Shown here: positions 50,404 through 60,084 of the stretch, piece by piece
Layout of the letters: each line of letters opens with the position of its first letter
Numbering within the stretch: position 1 is the first letter of the stretch
DNA from: an uncultured bacterium
GTDB taxonomy: Bacteria; SAR324; NAC60-12
Direction of reading: 5' to 3'
Assembly: GCA_964010765.1 (NCBI GenBank)
Contig: CAXGMD010000002.1
Coordinates: forward strand, 1-64,000
DNA length: 64,000 bases
The notes under the pieces: generated by a model
What the model was told of the DNA's origin: nothing
The model's input: the letters and a program-made list of their open reading frames with translations, nothing else
Databases searched by the model: none
Position numbers and translations under genes: made by a program

Positions 50404-50438
50404 TCAAATGTTTTATCAAATGTTTTATCAAATGTTTG
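50404..50438. repeat. 12-bp tandem repeat (TCAAATGTTTTA, about 3 copies) in the acoR-acoA2 intergenic region
   Basis: Units at 50404, 50416 and 50428 (last one partial); TATCAAATGTTTG at 50426-50438 fits the IHF consensus WATCAANNNNTTR. Confidence 0.7.
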
Positions 50439-50740
50439 CTCAGGAAATTTAAATTTTGAACATGTCAATTAAATGAAGAAATTTTAACTCAATTTTTGTA
50501 TCAAAATGTTTTCCAAAATTAAAATTTTAGCATGAATATAAACGAATATCTCATTATGAGTAACTCAATCGTCGTGATGATCTAAGAACAATTGAGCTAA
50601 GCAAAAGTTTGGTCTAGTTCCCGAGATCTCGTTCATTAGAATGGGACAAATACCCCAAACGCCCCAAAGTAAATTCTGTCTTGCCCCACTTTTTTAAATC
50701 AGAAAATGCATAAGTCGCTGAAATGAAGTATGAATTTAAT

Positions 50741-50755
50741 TGGCACAGAATCTGT
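50741..50755 (+). promoter_or_regulatory. Probable sigma54 (-24/-12) promoter of the second aco operon
   Basis: TGGCAC-AGAAT-CTGT: canonical -24 box and spacing, variant -12 box (GT instead of GC); divergent from acoR. Confidence 0.55.
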
Positions 50756-50828
50756 CTCTTTTCAACATGACAACAAGTCATTTTTCATATCTTTGCCTCA
50801 CTTAACATTCAGATTTAGGGAGTAGCAC

Positions 50829-51800
50829 ATGAGCCTGAGTGAATCCAAATTATTGCAAGCGTACCGCAAGATGCGTCAGATCCGCGATTTTGAGGATCGA
50901 GTCCATGAGGAGTTTGCCACTGGGATTATTCCTGGGTTTGTCCATCTTTACGCTGGTGAGGAAGCCTCTGCAGTTGGCTTCTGCATGCACCTCAATGACG
51001 AAGACCGCATTGCCAGCACTCATAGAGGCCATGGTCACTGCATCGCCAAGGGGGTAGAGATCAACGGGATGATGTCGGAGATCTTCGGTCGCCGCAATGG
51101 CACCTGTGCCGGCAAAGGTGGTTCGATGCATATCGCAGACTTGGAAAAGGGGATGATGGGGGCCAATGGGATCGTCGGTGCGGGGCCTCCCTTGATCTGT
51201 GGAGCGGGCCTAGCAGCCAAGTTCCGCAAGAACGGTGGGGTGGCGATCGCCTTTGTAGGCGATGGAGGCTCCAACCAGGGAACGACGATGGAGTCATTGA
51301 ATCTGGCTTCTGTCTGGAATCTGCCCTGTATCTTTGTGGCTGAGAACAACGGCTATGCAGAGGCGACGTCGAGTAAATGGTCGGTTTCCTGTGAGAACAT
51401 TGCCGACCGTGCGGCAGCCTTTGGGATGCCGGGGGTGGTTGTGGATGGGCATGATTTCTTTGCGGTCTATGAGGTAGCTGGCGAAGCGATCAAACGCGCC
51501 CGTGAAGGAGGAGGCCCAACATTAGTGGAGTGCAAGATCAACCGCTACTACGGTCACTTTGAAGGAGATGCCCAGACGTACCGAACGATTGATGAGGTAA
51601 AAAATATCAAGGAGAACAAGGACTGCCTGATGCTCTTTGCCAAGCGGGTGACCGAGCAGGGTTTGTTGACCCAGGCGCAGTTGGACGCCATTGACAAGGA
51701 GGTTGCCGCAGAGATTGAAGCTTCAGTCGTTCATGCGAAGTCTTCAGCGAAGCCGACAGAGGTAGACCTGCTGACAGACGTATATGTCAGTTATCCTTGA
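50829..51800 (+). CDS. acoA: Acetoin dehydrogenase E1 alpha subunit, copy 2
   Basis: Same protein as 37283-38254 except within residues 2-7 (SLSESK vs NLNETQ). Confidence 0.93.
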   Translation: MSLSESKLLQAYRKMRQIRDFEDRVHEEFATGIIPGFVHLYAGEEASAVGFCMHLNDEDRIASTHRGHGHCIAKGVEINGMMSEIFGRRNGTCAGKGGSMHIADLEKGMMGANGIVGAGPPLICGAGLAAKFRKNGGVAIAFVGDGGSNQGTTMESLNLASVWNLPCIFVAENNGYAEATSSKWSVSCENIADRAAAFGMPGVVVDGHDFFAVYEVAGEAIKRAREGGGPTLVECKINRYYGHFEGDAQTYRTIDEVKNIKENKDCLMLFAKRVTEQGLLTQAQLDAIDKEVAAEIEASVVHAKSSAKPTEVDLLTDVYVSYP

Positions 51801-52823
51801 TTGACTCACCCACAAACCAGAGGAGTTAGAGATGGCCAGAATGATTACATTCAAGCAATCCATCAATGAGGCCTTGGCCCAGGAGATGGCTCGCGATGAG
51901 ACAGTGATTGCAATGGGGGAAGATATTGTTGGAGGTATGGGGGGCGATGGAGAGATGGACGCCTGGGGTGGAGTGTTTGGCTTCACGAAGGGTCTTCATG
52001 GCCAGTTTGGAGACCGCGTGATGGACACGCCAATTACGGAGTCAGCCTTCATTGGTGCAGCCGCGGGGGCAGCAGCCTGTGGGATGCGTCCGGTGGCGGA
52101 GTTGATGTTCATCGACTTCATGGGGGTTTGTTTTGACCAGATCTTCAACCAGGCGGCGAAGTTCAAGTACATGTTTGGGGGCAAAGCAGAAACACCGATG
52201 GTGGTTCGGACGATGATTGGGGGAGGTCTTCGTGCAGCTTCCCAACATTCGCAGTGTCTGTATCCGATCTTTACCCACATTCCTGGTTTGAAGGTGGTGA
52301 TACCTTCAAATCCATATGATGCGAAGGGTTTGTTGATCCAGGCGATCCGGGACAATGATCCGGTGATTTTCTGTGAGCACAAGTCGTTGCACCAGTTGGA
52401 GGGAGATGTTCCTGAGACACCGTATGCGATCCCGTTCAACGAAGCGAATGTGGTACGAGAGGGAGGGGATGTGACAATCGTGGCGATTGGCTTCATGGTG
52501 CACCGAGCCATGGAAGCAGCGACAGCATTGGCGAAGGAGGGGATTCAGTGTGAGGTAATTGATCCACGGACGACTTCGCCGTTGGATTTGGAGACGATCA
52601 TTGAGAGTGTGGAGAACACGGGTCGCTTGGTGGTGGTGGATGAGTCGAATCCGCGCTGCAGCATGGCTGCAGACATCAGTGCGCAGGTGACGGAACAGGC
52701 CTTTGGTTCATTGAAGGGTCCGGTGAGGATGGTGACGGCACCGCATTGTCCACCGCCATTTTCGGATGTGTTGGAGGATCTCTACATGCCAAGTGCAGAG
52801 AAAATCGCTGAGGCTGTCAGGTC
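50854..52823 (+). repeat. 1970-bp direct repeat, copy 2
   Basis: Matches 37308-39277. Confidence 0.93.
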
Positions 52824-52833
52824 TCTAAAATAA
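51832..52833 (+). CDS. acoB: Acetoin dehydrogenase E1 beta subunit, copy 2
   Basis: Protein identical to 38286-39287; only the last codons differ, synonymously. Confidence 0.93.
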   Translation: MARMITFKQSINEALAQEMARDETVIAMGEDIVGGMGGDGEMDAWGGVFGFTKGLHGQFGDRVMDTPITESAFIGAAAGAAACGMRPVAELMFIDFMGVCFDQIFNQAAKFKYMFGGKAETPMVVRTMIGGGLRAASQHSQCLYPIFTHIPGLKVVIPSNPYDAKGLLIQAIRDNDPVIFCEHKSLHQLEGDVPETPYAIPFNEANVVREGGDVTIVAIGFMVHRAMEAATALAKEGIQCEVIDPRTTSPLDLETIIESVENTGRLVVVDESNPRCSMAADISAQVTEQAFGSLKGPVRMVTAPHCPPPFSDVLEDLYMPSAEKIAEAVRSLK

Positions 52834-52857
52834 TCACTAATTGTCTGATGCGAAAAT

Positions 52858-52890
52858 GCTGGGAGACTTTGCTTGAGTATGTCTCCCAGC
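52858..52890 (+). other. Intercistronic hairpin between acoB2 and acoC
   Basis: GCTGGGAGAC...GTCTCCCAGC, a 10-bp perfect stem with no U-tract. Confidence 0.55.
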
Positions 52891-53004
52891 CGAGTTCATA
52901 CAAGATTAAATTTAGACAAAGACAAAGACGCCCAAAGCCTTATTGACACAAGAGATTTCTGCCCAAAAAAATGATAATTTTATTTGAAGAGTGAGGTACC
53001 AAAA

Positions 53005-54099
53005 ATGGGAGAGTTGATCAAAGTTACAATGCCAAAGTGGGGCCTCTCGATGAAAGAGGGAACTGTAAGTGATTGGATAGTTGAAGAAGGAGATGAAATA
53101 GAGAAAGGACAGGAGATTGTAGAAATAGAAACAGACAAAATAGCGAATGTTCTGGAATCCCCAGGAAGCGGTATCCTCCAAAAAATTGTAGCTCACTCTG
53201 GCGAGGTACTCCCCGTTGCGGCTTTGATAGGTGTGATTACAGATGGTGCTGTAAGTGATGATGAAATAAGTGCCTTTATCGAGCAAGAAAATGCCGCAGC
53301 GGCAGCGGCAGCAGTTGATGAAGCTCCAGACCCCTTGACTATCAGCAAGGTATTTGAGTGGGAAGGTTTGAACATACGATACATTGACAGTGAGGATGGA
53401 GAAGATCCTTTGATCTGTCTGCATGGCTTTGGGGGAGACAAGAACAACTGGCAGTTCAACCTGGCGGCCTTAGCTCCCAACAGACGCGTGTTGGCTCCGG
53501 ACTTTCCAAGTCATGGAGACTCGACAGTCAGTACCGAGCACTCTTCACCGCTAGCCTATGCCAAGATGGTTTCAGCGATGATCGATCAGTTGGAGTTGGG
53601 GCAAGTGGACCTGGTGGGTCATTCGATGGGAGGGCTAGTGGCCTTGCTGGTGGCCCGGGAGAGCCCGGCGAAGGTAGGAGCGTTGACCTTGTTGGCGCCA
53701 GCAGGGATTGGTACAGAGATCAATGCGGGGTATGTCGATGGCTTTGCCAGGGCCAATAGCCGTAATGAGTTGAAGGCCTTGGCCGTCCAGTTGTTTGCTG
53801 ATAAGGAGATGGTGACCAGACAGATGGTAGCAGACCTGCTAAAGTACAAGCGTCTCGATGGAGTGGGAGAAGCGCTGGTGCAGTTGGCGGGGACACTTCA
53901 CAGTGGGGGCAAGCAGAGCGAGGACCTCAGCAGTGTAGCTCAGAGTCTTCCGACAAAGATCTTCTGGGGTAAGGCCGATGAGATCCTAGCTGTGAGCAAT
54001 TGTGCTCAGTTGAGTGGAGTGGACGTTGAGCAGTTGGAGTGTGGACACCAACCTCATATTGAAGCCGCTGATGTCGTTAATAAACATCTAGGTGGCTAA
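53005..54099 (+). CDS. acoC: Acetoin dehydrogenase E2 component AcoC (lipoyl domain + alpha/beta hydrolase fold)
   Basis: MPKWGLSMKEG, ETDKIAN lipoyl lysine, LHGFGGDKNNWQFN, GHSMGG, LLKYKRLDGV, GHQPHIE. ATG follows GAGG. Confidence 0.9.
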   Translation: MGELIKVTMPKWGLSMKEGTVSDWIVEEGDEIEKGQEIVEIETDKIANVLESPGSGILQKIVAHSGEVLPVAALIGVITDGAVSDDEISAFIEQENAAAAAAAVDEAPDPLTISKVFEWEGLNIRYIDSEDGEDPLICLHGFGGDKNNWQFNLAALAPNRRVLAPDFPSHGDSTVSTEHSSPLAYAKMVSAMIDQLELGQVDLVGHSMGGLVALLVARESPAKVGALTLLAPAGIGTEINAGYVDGFARANSRNELKALAVQLFADKEMVTRQMVADLLKYKRLDGVGEALVQLAGTLHSGGKQSEDLSSVAQSLPTKIFWGKADEILAVSNCAQLSGVDVEQLECGHQPHIEAADVVNKHLGG

Positions 54100-54321
54100 T
54101 TCTAAAAACTTTTTCAATTGCAGATTTCTATCAAAACAAAACTCCAAATTTGGATTTTGAGATTTGGTAGAGAACTACATCCGTGGGGAGTTCCACTTCC
54201 AACGGCTAAAATAGTTGGGTTGATTGAAATTATTTGAATTCGATGAGCCCCGCTTAACCGTGAGTTGCTCTTCTTATTTGAGGAACAAATCACAAAAAAC
54301 AACCATCCTTAGGGAGGTATA

Positions 54322-55854
54322 ATGTTTTACGTACCGAAGAACGCGATCCATAAAAAGGTTAGCCGACGTGATTTTCTGAAAATGGGCGGTGGTGCTGCAA
54401 CAGCCTTGGGAGCAGGATCAATCGCACTTGGGCTGAGCTCTGTGATCAACAGAAGACCTGTGTATGCACAGTCTTCCGATGCTGCAAAATGGAAGCAATA
54501 TGAGGGTTCTAAGCTTGTCTTCATGAGTGAGAACACCCCTCCATCCTTTGCTATCCGCGATAACCTGAAGACATTTTATGACCTGACAGGGATCGAAGTC
54601 GAAATCTTGACAGATCACTTGCCAACTGTGCAACAAAAAGTTGGGATTGACCTAAGGGGTGGTAACTCTGATTTCCACTTGAACTACATTCAGGATAAAC
54701 CAATTGGGTCTCCATTTGCGGACTACTATGAAGATTTGAATAAATACACCGGCGACAACACTCTACCTCAAGATCCTGAGGGTATGGGTGAAGACGTATG
54801 GTTTGAAAACTTTCAGAAGGCTTGTGGAGTCTTTTACGAAGCAGGTCGCATTGTTGCCTTCCCATACGACTGTGCTGTCGCCTGCTCTTTTTATCGTAAA
54901 GATCTCTTCGAAAAACTCAGTAAGGATTTCGAAAGTGAGTACGGTTACCGAATGGAGTTTACCGCGGACACGACATGGAAGCACGTTTATGAGTATGCAG
55001 CCTTCTTCAAGAAAGTTCGCGAAGGGGGCAATTCTGAGATACCCTATGGATATGCTCAACATCAGGGTAACTTTGCTTGGACAACTCAGCTAGACATACA
55101 GCGAATGCTCTTTTCGCATGGTCGTTGGACAGAGTTCGATGTCGATGACACCTTGGGCTCAAAAGATCCAGGTAAAACTAAGTGGGGTGATGCTCAGTCT
55201 GTAGCAGTGATGACAAAATTCAAGGAACAAGCTGATGTGAGCCATCCGGACAACTTGGCTAACGGTACTCTTGAATTAAATACAGTATATCAAGCAGGCC
55301 AGATTGCTATGCAGGTTCAGTATCATGAATTTGCTGCTTCTTGTGAAGATCCAAATACTTCAAAAGCTGCTGATGGAAAAACTGGTTATGCACCATGTCC
55401 AAAGGGTGAACCCAGCTGGATCGTAGGTGGTGGGCAAGCTGTTAATGGCACCAACTGTGGTATCGGTGGTATCGGTATTAATGGCAATGCTACAGAAGAT
55501 CAAAAGCGTGCGGCTTATATTTTTTCAATCTGGGCAACTTCGAAGAACATACAGTACGATGTTCTCCGTGGTTTGGGAGGCACTCCAACACGTAAGTCAG
55601 TTTTGGAAATTCCTGAAGTGAAAAACGCCCGAAAACGGCCAACAAATATGCCTAATGCATTGACCTTCGATGCTGTTTACGATCACGGCATACGAGACCC
55701 ACACTTTGTGCTTGGTCCAAAGATCCCTGAGGTGAACGAGTATCATAAAATCCTAGCCACAGAAGTACAGCGCTGTGTAGCTGGAGAACTATCCCCCGAA
55801 GAAGCTTGTGAAGCAATTCGTGAGCAGACCGACGAAGCCAACGGATATTTCTAA
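54322..55854 (+). CDS. Tat-exported carbohydrate-family ABC substrate-binding protein
   Basis: Twin-arginine SRRDFLK, hydrophobic stretch, cleavage VYA-Q; FPYD...FYRKDLF; C-terminal GELSPEEAC. Confidence 0.88.
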   Translation: MFYVPKNAIHKKVSRRDFLKMGGGAATALGAGSIALGLSSVINRRPVYAQSSDAAKWKQYEGSKLVFMSENTPPSFAIRDNLKTFYDLTGIEVEILTDHLPTVQQKVGIDLRGGNSDFHLNYIQDKPIGSPFADYYEDLNKYTGDNTLPQDPEGMGEDVWFENFQKACGVFYEAGRIVAFPYDCAVACSFYRKDLFEKLSKDFESEYGYRMEFTADTTWKHVYEYAAFFKKVREGGNSEIPYGYAQHQGNFAWTTQLDIQRMLFSHGRWTEFDVDDTLGSKDPGKTKWGDAQSVAVMTKFKEQADVSHPDNLANGTLELNTVYQAGQIAMQVQYHEFAASCEDPNTSKAADGKTGYAPCPKGEPSWIVGGGQAVNGTNCGIGGIGINGNATEDQKRAAYIFSIWATSKNIQYDVLRGLGGTPTRKSVLEIPEVKNARKRPTNMPNALTFDAVYDHGIRDPHFVLGPKIPEVNEYHKILATEVQRCVAGELSPEEACEAIREQTDEANGYF

Positions 55855-55865
55855 ACTTGACAAAC

Positions 55866-55892
55866 TCCCGGTTGGTCAACAACCAACCGGGA
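55866..55892 (+). other. Intercistronic hairpin after the substrate-binding gene
   Basis: TCCCGGTTGGT-caaca-ACCAACCGGGA, an 11-bp perfect stem. Confidence 0.6.
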
Positions 55893-55904
55893 ACCTTGTA
55901 GACA

Positions 55905-56930
55905 TTGAAATCGATGCAAACAACTCTTACGAATGGCATTGCAGACGGACAGCTTACAAATGCTGCAAAACTCGCTAATGTTTCTGAAGATCAATTTCGG
56001 ATGTCAAATGGTGTCCGAGTAATTGATTATCAGCCTACCAGTCGCCACGCAGCTCCCTCAAACAGGTACTATCTCTGGTTAATTCTACCAGCAGTGATCG
56101 TTCTTGCTTGCATCACACTTTATCCGTTTTTCTGGTTGATTTGGATGAGCTTCCACAAAGTGGATGTTTTGAAAGGTGATGTTTGGAATAACTTCGCTAA
56201 TTGGCGAAGACTTTTGGGAGATCGAAGTTTTGGAAATGGTTGGTTACTACTTCTGAAATACAGTGCGATGTGTATGCTCATGGAAGTGGGATTGGGAGTG
56301 TTGCTTGCGGTGATTTTAAACCGTTCAAAGTATGAAAAAGTTCTGGTAACGCTATTCCTTATGCCAATGATGATGGCGCCTGTGGTAGCGGGCTTGGTCT
56401 GGTACTATCTCTACAATTCAACCTTTGGTTGGTACCACTGGTTGATGCAAAGTGCTGGAATACTTGGGGAAAAATCGATCCTTGGAGATACTGGTACAGC
56501 TATGTGGGGAATCGTCCTGGTGGATGTGTGGCAGTGGACGCCCCTAATTATTCTCATTACACTGGCCGGGATGAAAAGAGTTCCAAGAGATCAACTCGAA
56601 GCAAGTATGGTGGATGGAGCTGGCGAATGGCGCAATTTCTTCCAGATAACTCTGCCGAATCTATATCCATTTTTGTTGATCGCGATTTTACTCCGCTTTA
56701 TGGACAACTTCCGCTTCATCGATGCGATTTTAGTATTGACAGGTGGTGGTCCTGCTAACTCAACAAAGATTCTTCCAACCTACTTATTTGATGTGTCTTT
56801 CCAGTTTTTCAAATTAGGTCGGGGCGCGGCAATCGCACTGACTCTACTATTTGTCACAATTATACTCGGATTGATTCTCGTGAAGGTGTTCGAGAGTCCT
56901 GCGGGCAAAGTAAATCGGGAAGGATCTTAA
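55905..56930 (+). CDS. Carbohydrate ABC transporter permease (start uncertain)
   Basis: TM helices, VDVWQWTP, EAA-like LEASMVDGA, LTGGGP. Confidence 0.9.
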   Translation: MKSMQTTLTNGIADGQLTNAAKLANVSEDQFRMSNGVRVIDYQPTSRHAAPSNRYYLWLILPAVIVLACITLYPFFWLIWMSFHKVDVLKGDVWNNFANWRRLLGDRSFGNGWLLLLKYSAMCMLMEVGLGVLLAVILNRSKYEKVLVTLFLMPMMMAPVVAGLVWYYLYNSTFGWYHWLMQSAGILGEKSILGDTGTAMWGIVLVDVWQWTPLIILITLAGMKRVPRDQLEASMVDGAGEWRNFFQITLPNLYPFLLIAILLRFMDNFRFIDAILVLTGGGPANSTKILPTYLFDVSFQFFKLGRGAAIALTLLFVTIILGLILVKVFESPAGKVNREGS

Positions 56931-56934
56931 TAAG

Positions 56935-57813
56935 ATGGCATCATCTGACATTGTCCAATATAAGACACCAGCTAGGAAAGCTGTTGATATTCTTGTCGGG
57001 GTCTTTCTAACAATATACCTCATCTGGACGCTACTGACGTTTGTGATGATGTTTGTTTCATCTTTCAAAGATCTGTTGGAGGCTTTCAAACTTCCAGAAA
57101 TTGGAGATTGGTTGGGTGTCACTTTGTTTTTTGATTTCACTCCTACATTTCGCCATTACGAAAATCTTTTTTTAGATAAGAATTTTGGCAAATATATGAT
57201 GAATAGTATCATTTCCGCAGGGGGCTCCGCGCTTATCTCCGTAGTGTTAGGTTCAATGTGCGCTTATGCCCTCTCAAGGACTGAATTTCGCGGTAAGAAG
57301 GATCTGCTGTTCTGGATTATTTCCACCAGAATGGCGCCGGTTGTAGCGGTAATGGTTCCACTCTATGCGATCTTCAGGAACTTCGAATTAGTTGGGACTT
57401 TGCCAGGGCTGATTCTGGCTTATACGACCTTTAACCTTCCGTTTGCGATTTGGATTTTAAAAGGCTTCTTTGACAACGTGCCCTACTCTATTGAAGAGGC
57501 ACAGATGTGCGATGGTGCAAATCGATTTGAAGCTTTTGTGTCAATTTTACCGCTTGTTGCCCCTGGAATTGGAGCCTTCTTAATACTATGTGTCCTTTTT
57601 GGTTGGAACGATTTTTTGTTTGCCTCCATAATCGGATCGGGAGGTGCTAAGACTCTTCCAGTAGCAACAGTTGAGCTTGTTCAACCACAGAATATCCAAT
57701 GGGGAAAAATAATGGCAGCTGGTGTTGTAACAACCGTTCCAATGATGTTTCTTGGGTTGCTGGTACGTCGTTATCTTGTAACTGGCCTGACCATGGGCGC
57801 TGTCCGCGAATAA
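56935..57813 (+). CDS. Carbohydrate ABC transporter permease
   Basis: NLPFAIWILKGFFD, IEEAQMCDGA, WNDFLFA, LVTGLTMGAV. Confidence 0.92.
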   Translation: MASSDIVQYKTPARKAVDILVGVFLTIYLIWTLLTFVMMFVSSFKDLLEAFKLPEIGDWLGVTLFFDFTPTFRHYENLFLDKNFGKYMMNSIISAGGSALISVVLGSMCAYALSRTEFRGKKDLLFWIISTRMAPVVAVMVPLYAIFRNFELVGTLPGLILAYTTFNLPFAIWILKGFFDNVPYSIEEAQMCDGANRFEAFVSILPLVAPGIGAFLILCVLFGWNDFLFASIIGSGGAKTLPVATVELVQPQNIQWGKIMAAGVVTTVPMMFLGLLVRRYLVTGLTMGAVRE

Positions 57814-57833
57814 TCTTCAACTAATCTGAAAAC

Positions 57834-58925
57834 ATGGCATCTGTTTCAATCAAAAATGTCTGGAAATACTACGGGGAAACTGCCGCAGTCAAAGACCTTA
57901 ATCTTGAAGTCTTAAATGGAGAATTCCTATGCGTATTGGGTCCATCGGGATGTGGTAAATCCTCTAGTTTAAGAATGCTGGCGGGGTTAGAACATATTTC
58001 TTCAGGTGATATTCATTTTGGTGATCGTCGAGTGAATGATTTACCACCTAAGGAGCGGGATATTGCAATGGTTTTTGAAAACTATGCGCTCTATCCGCAC
58101 AAGACTGTTTTCGACAACATAGGAAACGCCCTCAAACTGCGCAAAGTTGATCCAAACACAATTCAGCAGAAAGTTGAAAGAGCTGCTGAAATGCTGGAAA
58201 TCAAGCATCTGCTTCAAAGAAAACCAATGGAGCTTTCAGGTGGCCAGAAGCAAAGAGTGGCGATTGGGCGTGCGATCGTGCGGGAACCGGAGTTGTTTCT
58301 ATTTGATGAGCCCATTGCTCACCTGGATGCCAAGCTCAGAGCTCACATGCGAGGAGAACTGAAGATTCTTCAGAGAAAACTCGGGACTACGATGGTCTAT
58401 GTGACTCATGATCAGATGGAAGCTCTTTCGATGGCGGATCGTGTTGCGGTCATGCACGAGGGAGTTTTGCAGCAATACGGAACACCCCAAGAGATTTATC
58501 ACAAACCGGTGAATGCTTGGGTTGCTGGTTTTGTAGGCGAACCACCCATGAATTTTCTAGACTGTGAGCTAGTCCAAGAGAATGACGCTATTCAGTTGAA
58601 ACATTCTACCTTCTCAGTGTCTCTTCTTCCTGAACAAGCGAGTATCATCAACAGCGCAAAGCTTGAACGCAAAGTTCAGCTAGCGATTCGTCCGGACGAG
58701 ATTCACATCAACGGAAAGCAATCAGCTGAGTCAATCAAAGCTGAGGTGAAGATCACAGAGCCTCTTGGAGGAGATATGCTGGTTGATACCACAGTTGGTA
58801 AGGAAAAAGTCTTGGTCAAAACGAAACCAGATTTTACTGCTTCGATGGGAGAGGATTGTTTCCTTAGCTTCGACAAACAGCGCTGGCATGTCTTTTCAAG
58901 TGAGACAGGATTAGCTTTCTTTTAG
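57834..58925 (+). CDS. Carbohydrate ABC transporter ATP-binding protein
   Basis: GPSGCGKS, LSGGQKQR, DEPIAHLDAKLR, C-terminal TOBE-like region. Confidence 0.93.
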   Translation: MASVSIKNVWKYYGETAAVKDLNLEVLNGEFLCVLGPSGCGKSSSLRMLAGLEHISSGDIHFGDRRVNDLPPKERDIAMVFENYALYPHKTVFDNIGNALKLRKVDPNTIQQKVERAAEMLEIKHLLQRKPMELSGGQKQRVAIGRAIVREPELFLFDEPIAHLDAKLRAHMRGELKILQRKLGTTMVYVTHDQMEALSMADRVAVMHEGVLQQYGTPQEIYHKPVNAWVAGFVGEPPMNFLDCELVQENDAIQLKHSTFSVSLLPEQASIINSAKLERKVQLAIRPDEIHINGKQSAESIKAEVKITEPLGGDMLVDTTVGKEKVLVKTKPDFTASMGEDCFLSFDKQRWHVFSSETGLAFF

Positions 58926-59067
58926 GGCCAGTCATCAATTAAGCCAAATGACAGCCACTATCTACTAGATATCCCCTAGAAAACAGGGCTCGTCTATAGA
59001 AATAGATGTCAATCTCTTGGTATTGTTTCAACTTAGCAAAGAAGTTCTTAATTAGGTTTTGTAGGGT

Positions 59068-59106
59068 GTCGCAACTCAAAATCTTCTCTGAGTTGCGACT
59101 TTTTTT
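59068..59106 (+). terminator. Rho-independent terminator
   Basis: GTCGCAACTCA-N10-TGAGTTGCGAC followed by T7. Confidence 0.75.
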
Positions 59107-59283
59107 ACTCTTCCAGAAGGAGTCGTCAAATATCAGTGGTTTGAACCTCCAATAAACATCTCCACCGTTAACTTAACAGCTTGGGATTTTGCTCACCTAC
59201 AAGCTCAGTTCAGTCTCGAACGGCAACATCACCTGCACTTGCTTCAATCTGCCCAGCTGCCTCATCCGGAACCGGAATAGTCA

Positions 59284-60084
59284 TTATCTATTACCATGTT
59301 TTCCAGATTCCCATCTCTTTTCTAGCTTCTCACTGATCTTCATTCGTTGTTCTGGGGTCAGTATCGTATGGAGGCTAGTGAAACCTTGAGCCAATAATGG
59401 CAGCTTGGATTTCACTTCAGACCATCTTACATCAAGCAAGGCTTCAATATCCTGTACATTCACTGAGTCCTGCTGCATCTGTTCGTAAATCTCCTCTCTA
59501 ATTTCTTTATGCTGCTGCTTAATTTCCGCTGCTTTACTGCGTAAAGTGTTGATTAGATTGCTTATCTCTCTTTCTTGGAGATCATCAAGGTCTAGTGCGA
59601 TGGACATCCCGAATACGATACGAGATGTATTTGAAGATTGCAGACGCTCAAAATGATTGGATTCCAAACCTTTGGACATTCGCTCTTTTACCTTAGTGCG
59701 TTGTTCAGGAGTCAGCATCTTATGAAATTCAGTGAATTTTTGTGCTAACGCTGGCAACTTGGCATGAACAGAAGCCCATTTGGCTTCAAGCAGAGCAGTT
59801 AGATCCTCCGCATTTACTTCGTCTTGCTGCATCTGAGCAAGCATCTCTTCTCGCAGTTGCACCCGAATTTCCTTGAGTAACTCCAATTCAGGGCGAGCGT
59901 TATCAACAACCCTGGCCATTTCACGCGCCTGCGCATCATTGAGATCAAGTGTGCTGGATGTTTCTGAAACAATATCGGATGTGCTCCTTGAATCTGGCTG
60001 GCCACAACCCACCAAAAGGGTTGCTGATGTAACCGCAATTAGCAAAGACTGCCTAATTGTTTTGAAAGTTTTGCATGCTGACAT
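59284..60084 (-). CDS. Lipoprotein with two tandem Spy/CpxP-like (LTxxQ) domains
   Basis: Lipobox LVG-C; two repeats LDL.D.Q.RE...QMQQD.VN..D...LL...W...H..LTPEQR; AGGAG RBS. Confidence 0.8.
   Translation of the reverse strand: MSACKTFKTIRQSLLIAVTSATLLVGCGQPDSRSTSDIVSETSSTLDLNDAQAREMARVVDNARPELELLKEIRVQLREEMLAQMQQDEVNAEDLTALLEAKWASVHAKLPALAQKFTEFHKMLTPEQRTKVKERMSKGLESNHFERLQSSNTSRIVFGMSIALDLDDLQEREISNLINTLRSKAAEIKQQHKEIREEIYEQMQQDSVNVQDIEALLDVRWSEVKSKLPLLAQGFTSLHTILTPEQRMKISEKLEKRWESGKHGNR

Noticed and set aside
37308..52823. Repeat-flanked 13.5-kb segment as a composite transposon or prophage
   Set aside because: The repeats are metabolic genes; I saw no transposase, integrase, terminal inverted repeats or att sites.
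54100..54321. Riboswitch upstream of the Tat SBP
   Set aside because: Several imperfect hairpins, but no conserved aptamer sequence that I can identify.
59210..59284. 24-codon minus-strand ORF (MTIPVPDEAAGQIEASAGDVAVRD) coupled by TAATG to the Spy-like gene
   Set aside because: Too short and not recognisably similar to anything; it could be a gene remnant but I cannot support that.
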